From: a virus
Taxonomy: Duplodnaviria > Caudoviricetes
Virus record (IMG/VR): IMGVR_UViG_3300021185_002499
Coordinates: 1-63,462 of that record
DNA length: 63,462 nucleotides
Strand: one strand, 5' to 3'
The notes below the pieces were generated by a model. That model ran no database searches. It saw only the letters and a program-made list of their open reading frames with translations, and was not told the DNA's origin. The position numbers and the translations under genes were made by a program. Positions 26,542 through 35,400 of the stretch are shown piece after piece (the stretch's first letter is position 1; each line of letters begins with the position of its first letter).

Positions 26542-27295
26542 TAAGTATTATATTTACCATATACCAGGTAAAAAAATTGGTGTAACACGTAATTTAAAAG
26601 ACAGAGTTACGCTGGTGCAGGGTTATAAGCCTAATGAATATGAAGTTCTTGATTCTTCCGATGATATAGATTATGTGTCTCGCAAGGAAATAGAACTTCA
26701 AAAGTCTTATGGCTATAAAATAGATAGAGGATTATATAAAAATTTATTTAAAAAAATGAAAATAAACGCTACAGAACAGACGTCAACTTTTCCTTATTCC
26801 ATGCTTGAATTAAAAGCTCATTTAAGTAATGATATTGGGACTAAATGGGAAACATCATTAGGTGAATTTGAATTAACAAAAGAAACTGTTAATTGGATTT
26901 TAGCTAATGCTAAAAAATCAATGTATAATGAAAATCGTTCATTCATTTATAATAAAGCTTTTTATGAAGCTTTTTTGGCAGAACCATCATACAACAAAGA
27001 AAACGTATTTGGACTCATTAGACAATGGGCACAAGAACGTGGTATATATGATAAGGGAGATTCTAAAACTCAATATATAAAATTAATGGAAGAGTCTGGT
27101 GAATTAGCACAGGCTATATTGAAAAACGATGAATCTGAAGTTATAGACGCTATAGGTGATATGGTTGTTGTTTTAACAAACTTAGCTAAATTGCGTGGTC
27201 ATAATATTGAAGATTGTATACAATCTGCATATGATGAAATAAAAAATCGCAAAGGTAAGATGAATAATGGAACTTTTGTTAAAACTACACTATGA
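26534..27295 (+). CDS. MazG-like NTP pyrophosphohydrolase with an N-terminal GIY-YIG-like segment
   Basis: C-terminal KLMEESGELA..DAIGDMVVVL..AYDEIKNRKG; N-terminal YYIYH..KIGVTRNLKDR. Confidence 0.8.
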   Translation: MSNKYYIYHIPGKKIGVTRNLKDRVTLVQGYKPNEYEVLDSSDDIDYVSRKEIELQKSYGYKIDRGLYKNLFKKMKINATEQTSTFPYSMLELKAHLSNDIGTKWETSLGEFELTKETVNWILANAKKSMYNENRSFIYNKAFYEAFLAEPSYNKENVFGLIRQWAQERGIYDKGDSKTQYIKLMEESGELAQAILKNDESEVIDAIGDMVVVLTNLAKLRGHNIEDCIQSAYDEIKNRKGKMNNGTFVKTTL

Positions 27296-27522
27296 GAGAT
27301 AAAGTAATACAAGATGTAGTTGAAAAGTTTCAACAACGTTCAGACGTTGGATATAAAAAATATGGCGTTACACTTCATGATGATGAACCTAACTTACACA
27401 AATGGCTTAATCATCTTCAAGAAGAATTAATGGATGCAGTAAATTATATTCAAAAGCTTAAAATGGAATCAACTACGGCATTAGAAGAAAAATTACTTAA
27501 AGATTTTGAAGAAGATGCTTAG
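27292..27522 (+). CDS. Small all-alpha NTP-pyrophosphatase-like protein
   Basis: G.KKYG.TL..WLNHLQEELMDAVNY. Confidence 0.6.
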   Translation: MRDKVIQDVVEKFQQRSDVGYKKYGVTLHDDEPNLHKWLNHLQEELMDAVNYIQKLKMESTTALEEKLLKDFEEDA

Positions 27523-27973
27523 TAGAAATAGAAAAGGAAGAAAGAAGAGAGGTCCTGTTAGAGCTAAGAAAGTTAGTTTTGATGGGATTGACTTTGCTTC
27601 AGGTTTAGAAAAGTATATGTATACTGCTTTAAAGAAAGCAAAGATTAAAAATAAATATGAAGGAGAAACTTTTGTTTTAGTAAATGGTTTTCATTTTGAA
27701 AATGAAGCTTATGAAAGGCAGTCTAATGGTAAAGGTGAATTGGTTAATAGAGGTAGTAAAAGAATATTACCAATTAAATATACGCCAGACTTTATTGGAG
27801 AAGACTTTATAATAGAAACTAAAGGTAGAGCTAATGAATCATTTCCAATAAGATGGAAGCTTTTTAAAAAATTAGTTACTGAACAGTTCCCTCAATACAC
27901 TTTGTATAAACCACAAAATCAAAAAGAATGCGACAGAGTAATAGAAATAATCCTGAGCAAGAAAAAAAGATAG
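27515..27973 (+). CDS. T7 endonuclease I-like Holliday junction resolvase
   Basis: FASGLE..YE..YTPDF..IETKG. Confidence 0.8.
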   Translation: MLSRNRKGRKKRGPVRAKKVSFDGIDFASGLEKYMYTALKKAKIKNKYEGETFVLVNGFHFENEAYERQSNGKGELVNRGSKRILPIKYTPDFIGEDFIIETKGRANESFPIRWKLFKKLVTEQFPQYTLYKPQNQKECDRVIEIILSKKKR

Positions 27974-28101
27974 CAAGACTTAGATATGCTCAAAGACAAA
28001 TTGAAAAGTGGATTAAGTGGTCTATTGAAAACAGAGGCTACGTAAAGTACAGAGAAATAGTAGAAATACACGATAAATACAATATAAAATGTTATGAGTA
28101 A
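27928..28101 (+). CDS. Micro-ORF (57 aa)
   Basis: MRQSNRNNPEQEKKIAR..; fills the gap. Confidence 0.45.
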   Translation: MRQSNRNNPEQEKKIARLRYAQRQIEKWIKWSIENRGYVKYREIVEIHDKYNIKCYE

Positions 28102-28237
28102 AGGATGGGAAATAAGTGTAGGGATGTATCCTGGTGCTTTAATAGGTGCTAGAAGTTATGTGGAACCTCACCAGGTAGACCATGTTTTGTACATACCTTT
28201 TTTAGAATTATGTTTAACTATATATTATGAAGATTAA
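28094..28237 (+). CDS. Micro-ORF (47 aa)
   Basis: MSKGWEISVGMYPG..HVLYIPF; TAATG-coupled to nrdB. Confidence 0.55.
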   Translation: MSKGWEISVGMYPGALIGARSYVEPHQVDHVLYIPFLELCLTIYYED

Positions 28238-29205
28238 TGGGATTATTTGATGAAAGAATTGCATACAAACCGTTTGAGTACCCAGAGTACTATACTGAGG
28301 GATGGCTTAAACAAGCTCAAGCTTTCTGGTTGCATACCGAAATACCAATGTCAGGTGACGTTAAGGATTGGAATGAAAAACTAACACCAGAGGAAAAAAG
28401 TTTAGTAGGTAATATACTATTAGGATTTGCACAAACAGAATGTGCAGTTTCTGATTATTGGACACAAAAAGTTGTTGGTTGGTTTCCTAAACATGAAATT
28501 CAACAAATGGCTATGATGTTTGGCTCACAAGAGACTATTCATGCTGTGGCATACAGTTACTTAAATGAAACACTAGGCCTTGAAGATTTTGAAGCATTCC
28601 TTCAAGACGAGGCTACAATGGAAAGATTTGATAATTTAGTTAGTTATGATGGAAATGATAAAACCCGAATCGCAAGAAGCCTTGCGGTCTTTAGTGCTTT
28701 TGCAGAAGGAGTTAGCTTGTATTCTGCTTTTGCTGTGCTTTATAGCTTTCAATTACGTAACCTCCTTAAAGGTATAGGACAACAAATGAAATGGAGTGTA
28801 AGAGATGAATCATTACATTCTAAAATGGGTTGCAGGTTGTTTAGACATATGTGTGAAGAAGATAGTAAACTTTTAGATGATTGTAGAGAAGATATTGTTG
28901 CAGCCGCAACTTCAATGCTTAAAGCCGAAGAACGATATATTGATAAAATGTTTGAAGCAGGAGACGTTGATGGTATTAAAGCCTACGACCTCAAACAATT
29001 TATTAGAAAGAGACTTAATGAAAAATTACAAGAACTTGGTTACTTCGACCTCGGGCTGTACTTTGAATTTAATGAAGAAGCAGCAGCAAACCTTGACTGG
29101 TTCTACCATCTTACTGGCGGGCATACTCATACTGATTTTTTTGCTGTTAGATCAACAGATTATTCTAAAGCTAACGAAGGAGAAGATTTTGAAGATATTT
29201 GGTAA
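28237..29205 (+). CDS. nrdB: Class I ribonucleotide reductase beta subunit
   Basis: ETIHAVAYS, EGVSLYSAF, RDESLH di-metal ligands; TDFFA tail. Confidence 0.95.
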   Translation: MGLFDERIAYKPFEYPEYYTEGWLKQAQAFWLHTEIPMSGDVKDWNEKLTPEEKSLVGNILLGFAQTECAVSDYWTQKVVGWFPKHEIQQMAMMFGSQETIHAVAYSYLNETLGLEDFEAFLQDEATMERFDNLVSYDGNDKTRIARSLAVFSAFAEGVSLYSAFAVLYSFQLRNLLKGIGQQMKWSVRDESLHSKMGCRLFRHMCEEDSKLLDDCREDIVAAATSMLKAEERYIDKMFEAGDVDGIKAYDLKQFIRKRLNEKLQELGYFDLGLYFEFNEEAAANLDWFYHLTGGHTHTDFFAVRSTDYSKANEGEDFEDIW

Positions 29206-29555
29206 TGAGAAAATGCAATAAATGTCATAAGCCTAAAAATGATAAAAAGTTTAGATATGGCAAAAGAACTTGTATTAAATGTGAGTATAGATTTAAACAA
29301 CGTTTTTTAAGATCTTTAGTATTAGATAAAAGATTATCCGCTAAAGAACGAATTGCAAATAGACTAGGGTATATGGGGACGGCATTTATAATAATGTCGC
29401 CTCATTTATTACCCTATGGAAAAATAGGAGGATTTACTTATGTTATTGGTGGTATATTATCAATAGCTCAAGTTTTTGTAGCTAAACAATGGAACTTAGT
29501 AATAGTAAATTTAAACGTAGTAATTGGATATTTAATTTATTTATATAACACTTAA
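29205..29555 (+). CDS. Zinc-finger plus membrane-domain protein
   Basis: CNKC..CIKC followed by about three hydrophobic helices. Confidence 0.6.
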   Translation: MRKCNKCHKPKNDKKFRYGKRTCIKCEYRFKQRFLRSLVLDKRLSAKERIANRLGYMGTAFIIMSPHLLPYGKIGGFTYVIGGILSIAQVFVAKQWNLVIVNLNVVIGYLIYLYNT

Positions 29556-29568
29556 ATGCAAAACAAAA

Positions 29569-29778
29569 ATGAAAGAAAGCAAACTAATAGAGATGTGGAA
29601 CAGGATAGAAATACTGGGTCAAAATATGCAGACAATAATACAAGAGATGGGGAATTTAAAAGACCTCTCAGTTGGGACGCTAGAAACATTAAAACGAACC
29701 CCGGGTTACGAGGAGGCACTGGAGAGTATGAAAACAGATTTTTTGAATAAAAATAAAGAAGAAAAGAATGTGGAATAA
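29569..29778 (+). CDS. Hypothetical helical protein
   Basis: MKESKLIEM..; overlaps the nrdA start. Confidence 0.55.
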   Translation: MKESKLIEMWNRIEILGQNMQTIIQEMGNLKDLSVGTLETLKRTPGYEEALESMKTDFLNKNKEEKNVE

Positions 29779-31513
29779 TGAATGGGTAAAGGGTAAAGAC
29801 TACCCAGAATGGGGTGATACCGAAGTGTATAAGAAAACCATCGCTGGTGGTTACTTATTGCAACAGGAGACGCCTAGAGAAGCATATGAGCGTGTAGCGA
29901 ATGCTGTAGCTAAACGTTTATATAAGCCAGAACTAGCTGATACATTTTTTGATTATATTTGGAAAGGTTGGTTGTGTTTAGCTTCACCAGTTTTGTCAAA
30001 TACAGGCACAGATAGAGGTTTACCTATAAGTTGTTTTGGTATTGACGTAGCGGATAGCATAAATGATATCGGACAAAAGAATTTAGAAATGATGCTCTTA
30101 GCCAAGCATGGAGGCGGTGTTGGCTTAGGAATTAATATGATAAGACCCGCTGGTGCTAAAATTACAGGTAATGGAACAAGTGATGGAGTGGTCCCGTTTT
30201 GCAAGATATACGATTCAACAATACTTGCCACTAATCAAGGATCTGTCCGCAGAGGAGCTGCGTCAGTTAATATCAATATTGATCACGCCGACTTTGAAGA
30301 ATGGTTGGAGATCAGAGAACCAAAAGGAGATGTTAATAGACAGTCACTCAATCTACACCAGTGCGCTGTGGTCGGTGACAAGTTTATGCGAAGACTTGAA
30401 CAAGGAGATTCAGATGCTAGAAGGAAATGGGGAAAGTTATTACAAAAACGTAAAGCAACTGGAGAACCTTATATCCTCTTTAAGGGAAATACAAACAAGA
30501 ATAATCCAAAAGCGTACAAATCAAATGGGCTCAAAGTTCATATGACAAACATATGCAGCGAAATTACATTACATACTGATGAATCACATTCTTTTGTTTG
30601 CTGCTTATCTTCACTTAACTTAGATAAATACGATGAATGGAAAAATACAAATTTAATATATGATGCAACATGGTTTTTAGACGGAGTACTGGAAGAATTT
30701 ATTCAGAAGGCAAAAAACATGAAAGGGTTCGAAAACTCTGTCCGCAGTGCGGAGAAAGGACGTGCCCTTGGGCTGGGAGTATTAGGATGGCACAGTCTAC
30801 TCCAAAAGAATGGCATTGCGTTCGAAGGTTTATTAGCTCAGTTTAAGACACGTGAAATTTTTAGTAAAATTCAGATTGAGTCTGAAAGAGCATCGCGAGA
30901 TCTTGCAGAGGTATATGGGGAGCCGCTCTGGTGCGTCGGTACTGGTATGCGCAACACTCATCTTCGGGCAGTGGCCCCTACTGTCTCTAACAGCAAGCTT
31001 AGTGGAAATATATCTCCTGGAATTGAGCCTTGGGCTGCTAACGTATTTACAGAGCAGTCAGCTAAAGGAACGTTTATTAGAAAGAATAAGGAACTTAAAA
31101 AAGTATTAAGAAAAATTGGAATCGATAATAAAGAAACTTGGGATAAAATTTTGGAAGATGGTGGATCCATTCAAGGAATTAAAGAATTCGATGGATGGGT
31201 TTATGATCACACAGGAAAACTTACCCAAGGAGAAGAAGGAGAACCTCTAAAGAATGTATTTAAAACATTTAAAGAGATTAATCAGCTAGAGTTAGTTAAT
31301 CAAGCTGGTATACGTCAAGATTATATAGATCAATCTGTAAGTTTAAATTTAGCTTTCCCATCTGAAGCAGATCCTAAATGGCTTAATAAAGTACATTTAG
31401 AAGCATGGAAGCGAGGAGTTAAGACTTTATATTATATGAGGACTGAATCTGTATTAAGAGGTGATATTGCAGCTAAAGCAATGGATCCAGATTGTTTATC
31501 CTGTGATGGATAA
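29768..31513 (+). CDS. nrdA: Class I ribonucleotide reductase alpha subunit (short, no ATP cone)
   Basis: PISCF, GGGVG, RRGA, TNICSEI, APTVS, DQSVS, KTLYY and C-terminal CLSC. Confidence 0.95.
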   Translation: MWNNEWVKGKDYPEWGDTEVYKKTIAGGYLLQQETPREAYERVANAVAKRLYKPELADTFFDYIWKGWLCLASPVLSNTGTDRGLPISCFGIDVADSINDIGQKNLEMMLLAKHGGGVGLGINMIRPAGAKITGNGTSDGVVPFCKIYDSTILATNQGSVRRGAASVNINIDHADFEEWLEIREPKGDVNRQSLNLHQCAVVGDKFMRRLEQGDSDARRKWGKLLQKRKATGEPYILFKGNTNKNNPKAYKSNGLKVHMTNICSEITLHTDESHSFVCCLSSLNLDKYDEWKNTNLIYDATWFLDGVLEEFIQKAKNMKGFENSVRSAEKGRALGLGVLGWHSLLQKNGIAFEGLLAQFKTREIFSKIQIESERASRDLAEVYGEPLWCVGTGMRNTHLRAVAPTVSNSKLSGNISPGIEPWAANVFTEQSAKGTFIRKNKELKKVLRKIGIDNKETWDKILEDGGSIQGIKEFDGWVYDHTGKLTQGEEGEPLKNVFKTFKEINQLELVNQAGIRQDYIDQSVSLNLAFPSEADPKWLNKVHLEAWKRGVKTLYYMRTESVLRGDIAAKAMDPDCLSCDG

Positions 31514-31583
31514 AATTAATATTTATTTTTTATTACGTAAATATATTGTATATTCACAACGTTTTAATCTAGTTCATAAGAAG

Positions 31584-31617
31584 AAAAGGGGAAGCTTAAT
31601 CGCAACCCCTTTTTTTT
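31584..31617. terminator. Bidirectional intrinsic terminator at the convergence of the two gene blocks
   Basis: AAAAGGGG..CCCCTTTT stem, with a T-run on plus and an A-run upstream. Confidence 0.75.
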
Positions 31618-31912
31618 ATTTACTCTTTTTTCTATCAATATCTCGCCTGAGATATTCAATGTCTTTCATAAACGCTCGCATTTCTGCTTCCAACGTTTTA
31701 ACTTCCTCTTCTGTTTTTCTTTGGCTAGGCCATGTGTATTTTTGTTCGTTTTCCTTTAATTTTTTAGCCTGTACTTCTACAGCTTCAACCCTAGCGTTTA
31801 GAGTATAGTAGGACCCTACTATTGAAGCAAACATAGCTGCTATAGTTATTATTTGTGGAATGCTAATTGAAACATCAGCTTTCCCGTCACCGTCTAAATC
31901 AATTTTTGCCAT
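31616..31912 (-). CDS. Membrane-anchored coiled-coil protein
   Basis: DLDGDG loop, one TM helix, coiled coil. Confidence 0.6.
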   Translation of the reverse strand: MAKIDLDGDGKADVSISIPQIITIAAMFASIVGSYYTLNARVEAVEVQAKKLKENEQKYTWPSQRKTEEEVKTLEAEMRAFMKDIEYLRRDIDRKKSK

Positions 31913-31914
31913 AT

Positions 31915-32058
31915 TTATTTTTTTAATCGTTTATAAATCCCGATTGAAGTATATATGATTGATAATATTAAAACTGTAGTTTGAAGTTGTGGGTCTATGT
32001 CCGTAAAGCTAAAAATTAAAGCCCCTAAATTTACTGAATATATTTTCAAATCTTCCAT
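31915..32058 (-). CDS. 47-aa two-TM micro-protein (holin-like)
   Basis: MEDLKIYSVNLGALIFSF..LQTTVLILSIIYTSIGIYKRLKK. Confidence 0.55.
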   Translation of the reverse strand: MEDLKIYSVNLGALIFSFTDIDPQLQTTVLILSIIYTSIGIYKRLKK

Positions 32059-32061
32059 GGT

Positions 32062-32349
32062 TTAATATTTGCAGGAAGCCTTCATTGTTAAAGGGCTTAC
32101 TCTTTTAGGCTTACCCGCAGGTTGTCCTAGTTGTTTTTTTTCTTTTATTTTTTTACTTTTTTCAGATGAAGACATTTCACCTGCTGTTTTAGGTGTTTTA
32201 GAAGATATTCTTTTTTTAGGTCTGCAATAAGGCACGCCTCTACTTTCTTCTTTGCTTCTTCCGCAAGCTTTTCCTGTGCGTACATCTGTCCATTCTTCTT
32301 TAAACCATCGTTTAAGAGAAGCCCCTTTTGCAGTTTTTCTTACAGCCAT
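32062..32349 (-). CDS. Small basic phage protein (DUF5872-like)
   Basis: LKRWFKEEW..CGR..PYCRP..KTPKT. Confidence 0.55.
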   Translation of the reverse strand: MAVRKTAKGASLKRWFKEEWTDVRTGKACGRSKEESRGVPYCRPKKRISSKTPKTAGEMSSSEKSKKIKEKKQLGQPAGKPKRVSPLTMKASCKY

Positions 32350-32492
32350 TACTTAATATTTCCCCCTCTTTTACGGCATTTAGCAATATAACCAGAAGCA
32401 TATGCAGATGGAAATACTCTGTATTTAGCTTTTGCTTTATTATAGCAAGCGTCTTTCTTTTTAAAAGGGGATGTTACAATGTTATATTTCAT
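32349..32492 (-). CDS. 47-aa basic micro-protein
   Basis: MKYNIVTSPFKKKDACY..FPSAYASG..CRK; coupled at both ends. Confidence 0.6.
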   Translation of the reverse strand: MKYNIVTSPFKKKDACYNKAKAKYRVFPSAYASGYIAKCRKRGGNIK

Positions 32493-35400
32493 TTTCTTTT
32501 GAATTTTTTAGTTTTAAGACCAGTTTTAAACTTTTTAGTTTTAATAAAAGTTTTAGCTTTGCTTGGTTTTTTAGTATTTTTTTCAATCATTCCTAAATCC
32601 CATTCTGAATAACCTAAAGCAAGTGCTATTGATTGCCATAATTCAGTTTCAGATTCCATTGCAGTTTTTAAATGATCTGCCTTCATTATAGCTCTATCCG
32701 CAGGAAGATTAGTTAATGCGGAAACTATTCTACCTCCTGCTAAAAAAGCTGGATTGTCTAAGCTGAATCCCTCTGTTCTCATTTTTTCCTTATCTTGTCT
32801 ATAAGTAAAAGCTTTTGCAGCGGAGTTTAATTTATTTAATTTAGAGTTTATTGGCGGAGATAAAGAAGTTGCTTTCATAACAGCTTTTGTGTAGTCTGTT
32901 CTTTTAGCTTTGTTCTGTTTTATAATTTCAAGAATAACATTTTTAGATGTTGATGCTATTGCTCCGTACAAACCAGTTCCGCGTAGCAGAGTGTCCATTG
33001 ATCCATTTGCTATATTCCACAATCTATCTTTTTCTTTTTCATCTTCTTCATCGGAAAATAACAAAGCAAATAAAGCTTGTTGCAAGGCAGAGAACACTAT
33101 GTTTTGTATTACGCTATAATACATTAACTTACTCACATTTGTTTTCCAATCACCCCGACCTGCTATTAAATCTTTCATTGCCTTTTTAGTTAGTCTAGCA
33201 TATTGCATCGGTGTGTTAGCAAAAGCTAATATAACTCTTCCTAAGGAGCTCGCTTGTTGCATACTTATTCTATCAGGCCTAGAAGACTGCTGCGATTCTT
33301 CTGCAGTTTCTGCAAAATCTAAGAATGCTTGTTCTTGTGCAGCTTTTGGTTCCATTCCTTCTTTTACATATCTATTCAGTCTGTTTCTATAAAATGAAGC
33401 ACCTCCAACAGCAATAGCAAAACTATCAGCCATTTGAGTAGGTAAGAATCCAAACTTTAATATAGCATTGAAAGCAGCCCTAACTTTATTATCAGCAGTT
33501 GAAGCAGCACTAGCAATTTCATCAGCATTAACATCTGTTTTTAATCCTGCTCTTCTTTGCTTCAAAAAGTCTGAATTAAATAAAAATCCAAAATCATCCC
33601 AAAATTGTTTTTGATTAGCAAAAGACTTTGCTGCCATTAATGGGTTATTATCGGTAAAGTTTATAAAGTTTACTGCTGATATGGTTTGTAGTAAAGCAGA
33701 TCGAGCATTTAAGAACATGATAGACCCTACTGATCCATTAACCCACTCTAACCAAGCCCTTTCTAATTTATTACCACCTTTTCTACGGTTTCTTCCATCT
33801 TTCATTCTGTACAGAATGTCCGTAAGTGATTCTATATATTCTTTACCATATAAAGCACGCAGTTTATTAATATTAGGTCCTTCAAGTTTACCTTGTTTAA
33901 ATTCACCAAATATCTCCTCTACATTATCTATCCATTCGCTCATATACTCAGAACGCTTTACTTGGTTAACGTAAGAAAGCATATCTGTTGTTATTGTACC
34001 TTCCATCCAATTACCACTTGGATTTGAATATTCTCCAGGAGGCGCTAATGTAATAAGCTGATTAGCAAAATCTTTTAAAGCTTCGTTCTTATTTATAAAT
34101 TTAATAACCTCATTTACATCTTGTCTACTAGAACCTTCAGGTAAAGTATCTTGTTTATTCCAAATATACAACCTAACAACTTGTTCGTTTGTGTATCCAG
34201 TTTCGTTGGTTTTACCAAGTTTAGCAGGAGTATTGTTTATTCTCTTTTTTAATTCCGCCCATGCATTCATAGACATTTGCTTATCTGTCTCAAATTGACG
34301 GATAGCTTTAGCGAACGGAGTCAAAAGATTATCCTTATAAAACTGCATTTGTTGATCTCCTTTTTCTTTTCTAGCTAAAGTTGTATATAATAAGCCTACA
34401 AAATCTTCTGCAGAATATGGTACAAAGAATTTATATTTACCTTTACCTTTGCCTATTATAGATGCTTTATCGGCTGAATATTCTTTTGCAAATTCTACAC
34501 CTGAAGATAATTCAAGAAATTTGTTAAAGTCTGTACTTAAAGATTTAGAAAATTTAATCTGTACGCCTTTGCTATTGTATTTTTCAAAAGGATTTTCTGA
34601 TTCTAATAGCCATTTTTGATTGTTAGGATTTATTCCATTATTTATTTTTGCTATTTCAGGATTTAAATATCTTTGCCACCAAAAATCATTATACACATTC
34701 CATTCTTTACCATTTATTAAGGGCATGGACGAAGTATATTCTCTTAACTTTGCATTATCTTTTATTGAAAGAGCTATTAAAGTATAATTATCTTTTAAAG
34801 CCTTAAGTGCTTTTTGAAAATTAATATTTTTATCTAAAGATGCATTAATTAAAAAATTAAAAGCCCAAACATTAGGCACTGCATGCTCCCATTCTGCTTT
34901 TCCATTATTTATATTGTCAATAGAAGCAATTTTAGCACCCATTCTATGAGGATGTGCTTTTTCATTTGTGGATGCTTCTAGCATGTAATAAATTGCTAAA
35001 AGATCTTTTTTATATTCTAAATCATTAGAAACTTTATTTATAAAATTCCAAAAATCAGTAAACATTATATCTACTTTTTGATTATAAATGCTAATAGCCT
35101 CTTTTGTAGCTTTTTTTCTAATTGTTTCAAGTTTTCCAGTAAACTTAGCACTATGATTAGCCGGCACTTTAGAATATAACTTGTTTTTACCAAGTACAAT
35201 TTTTAATTCATTAAATTTTTTTCTAGCATAAAGATCTAAGCCATAATATCTTTCTTTATCTAATGCCATCATGCTTGGGCTAAATAAACCGGTAGGATAA
35301 TCAAGCCTTTCGGCTATTCTCTTTATAGAATCAAAATATCTATTTATATTTTTTTCTGAGTTTAAATCATAATATTCAATATTATTTTTATTTGCAAATG

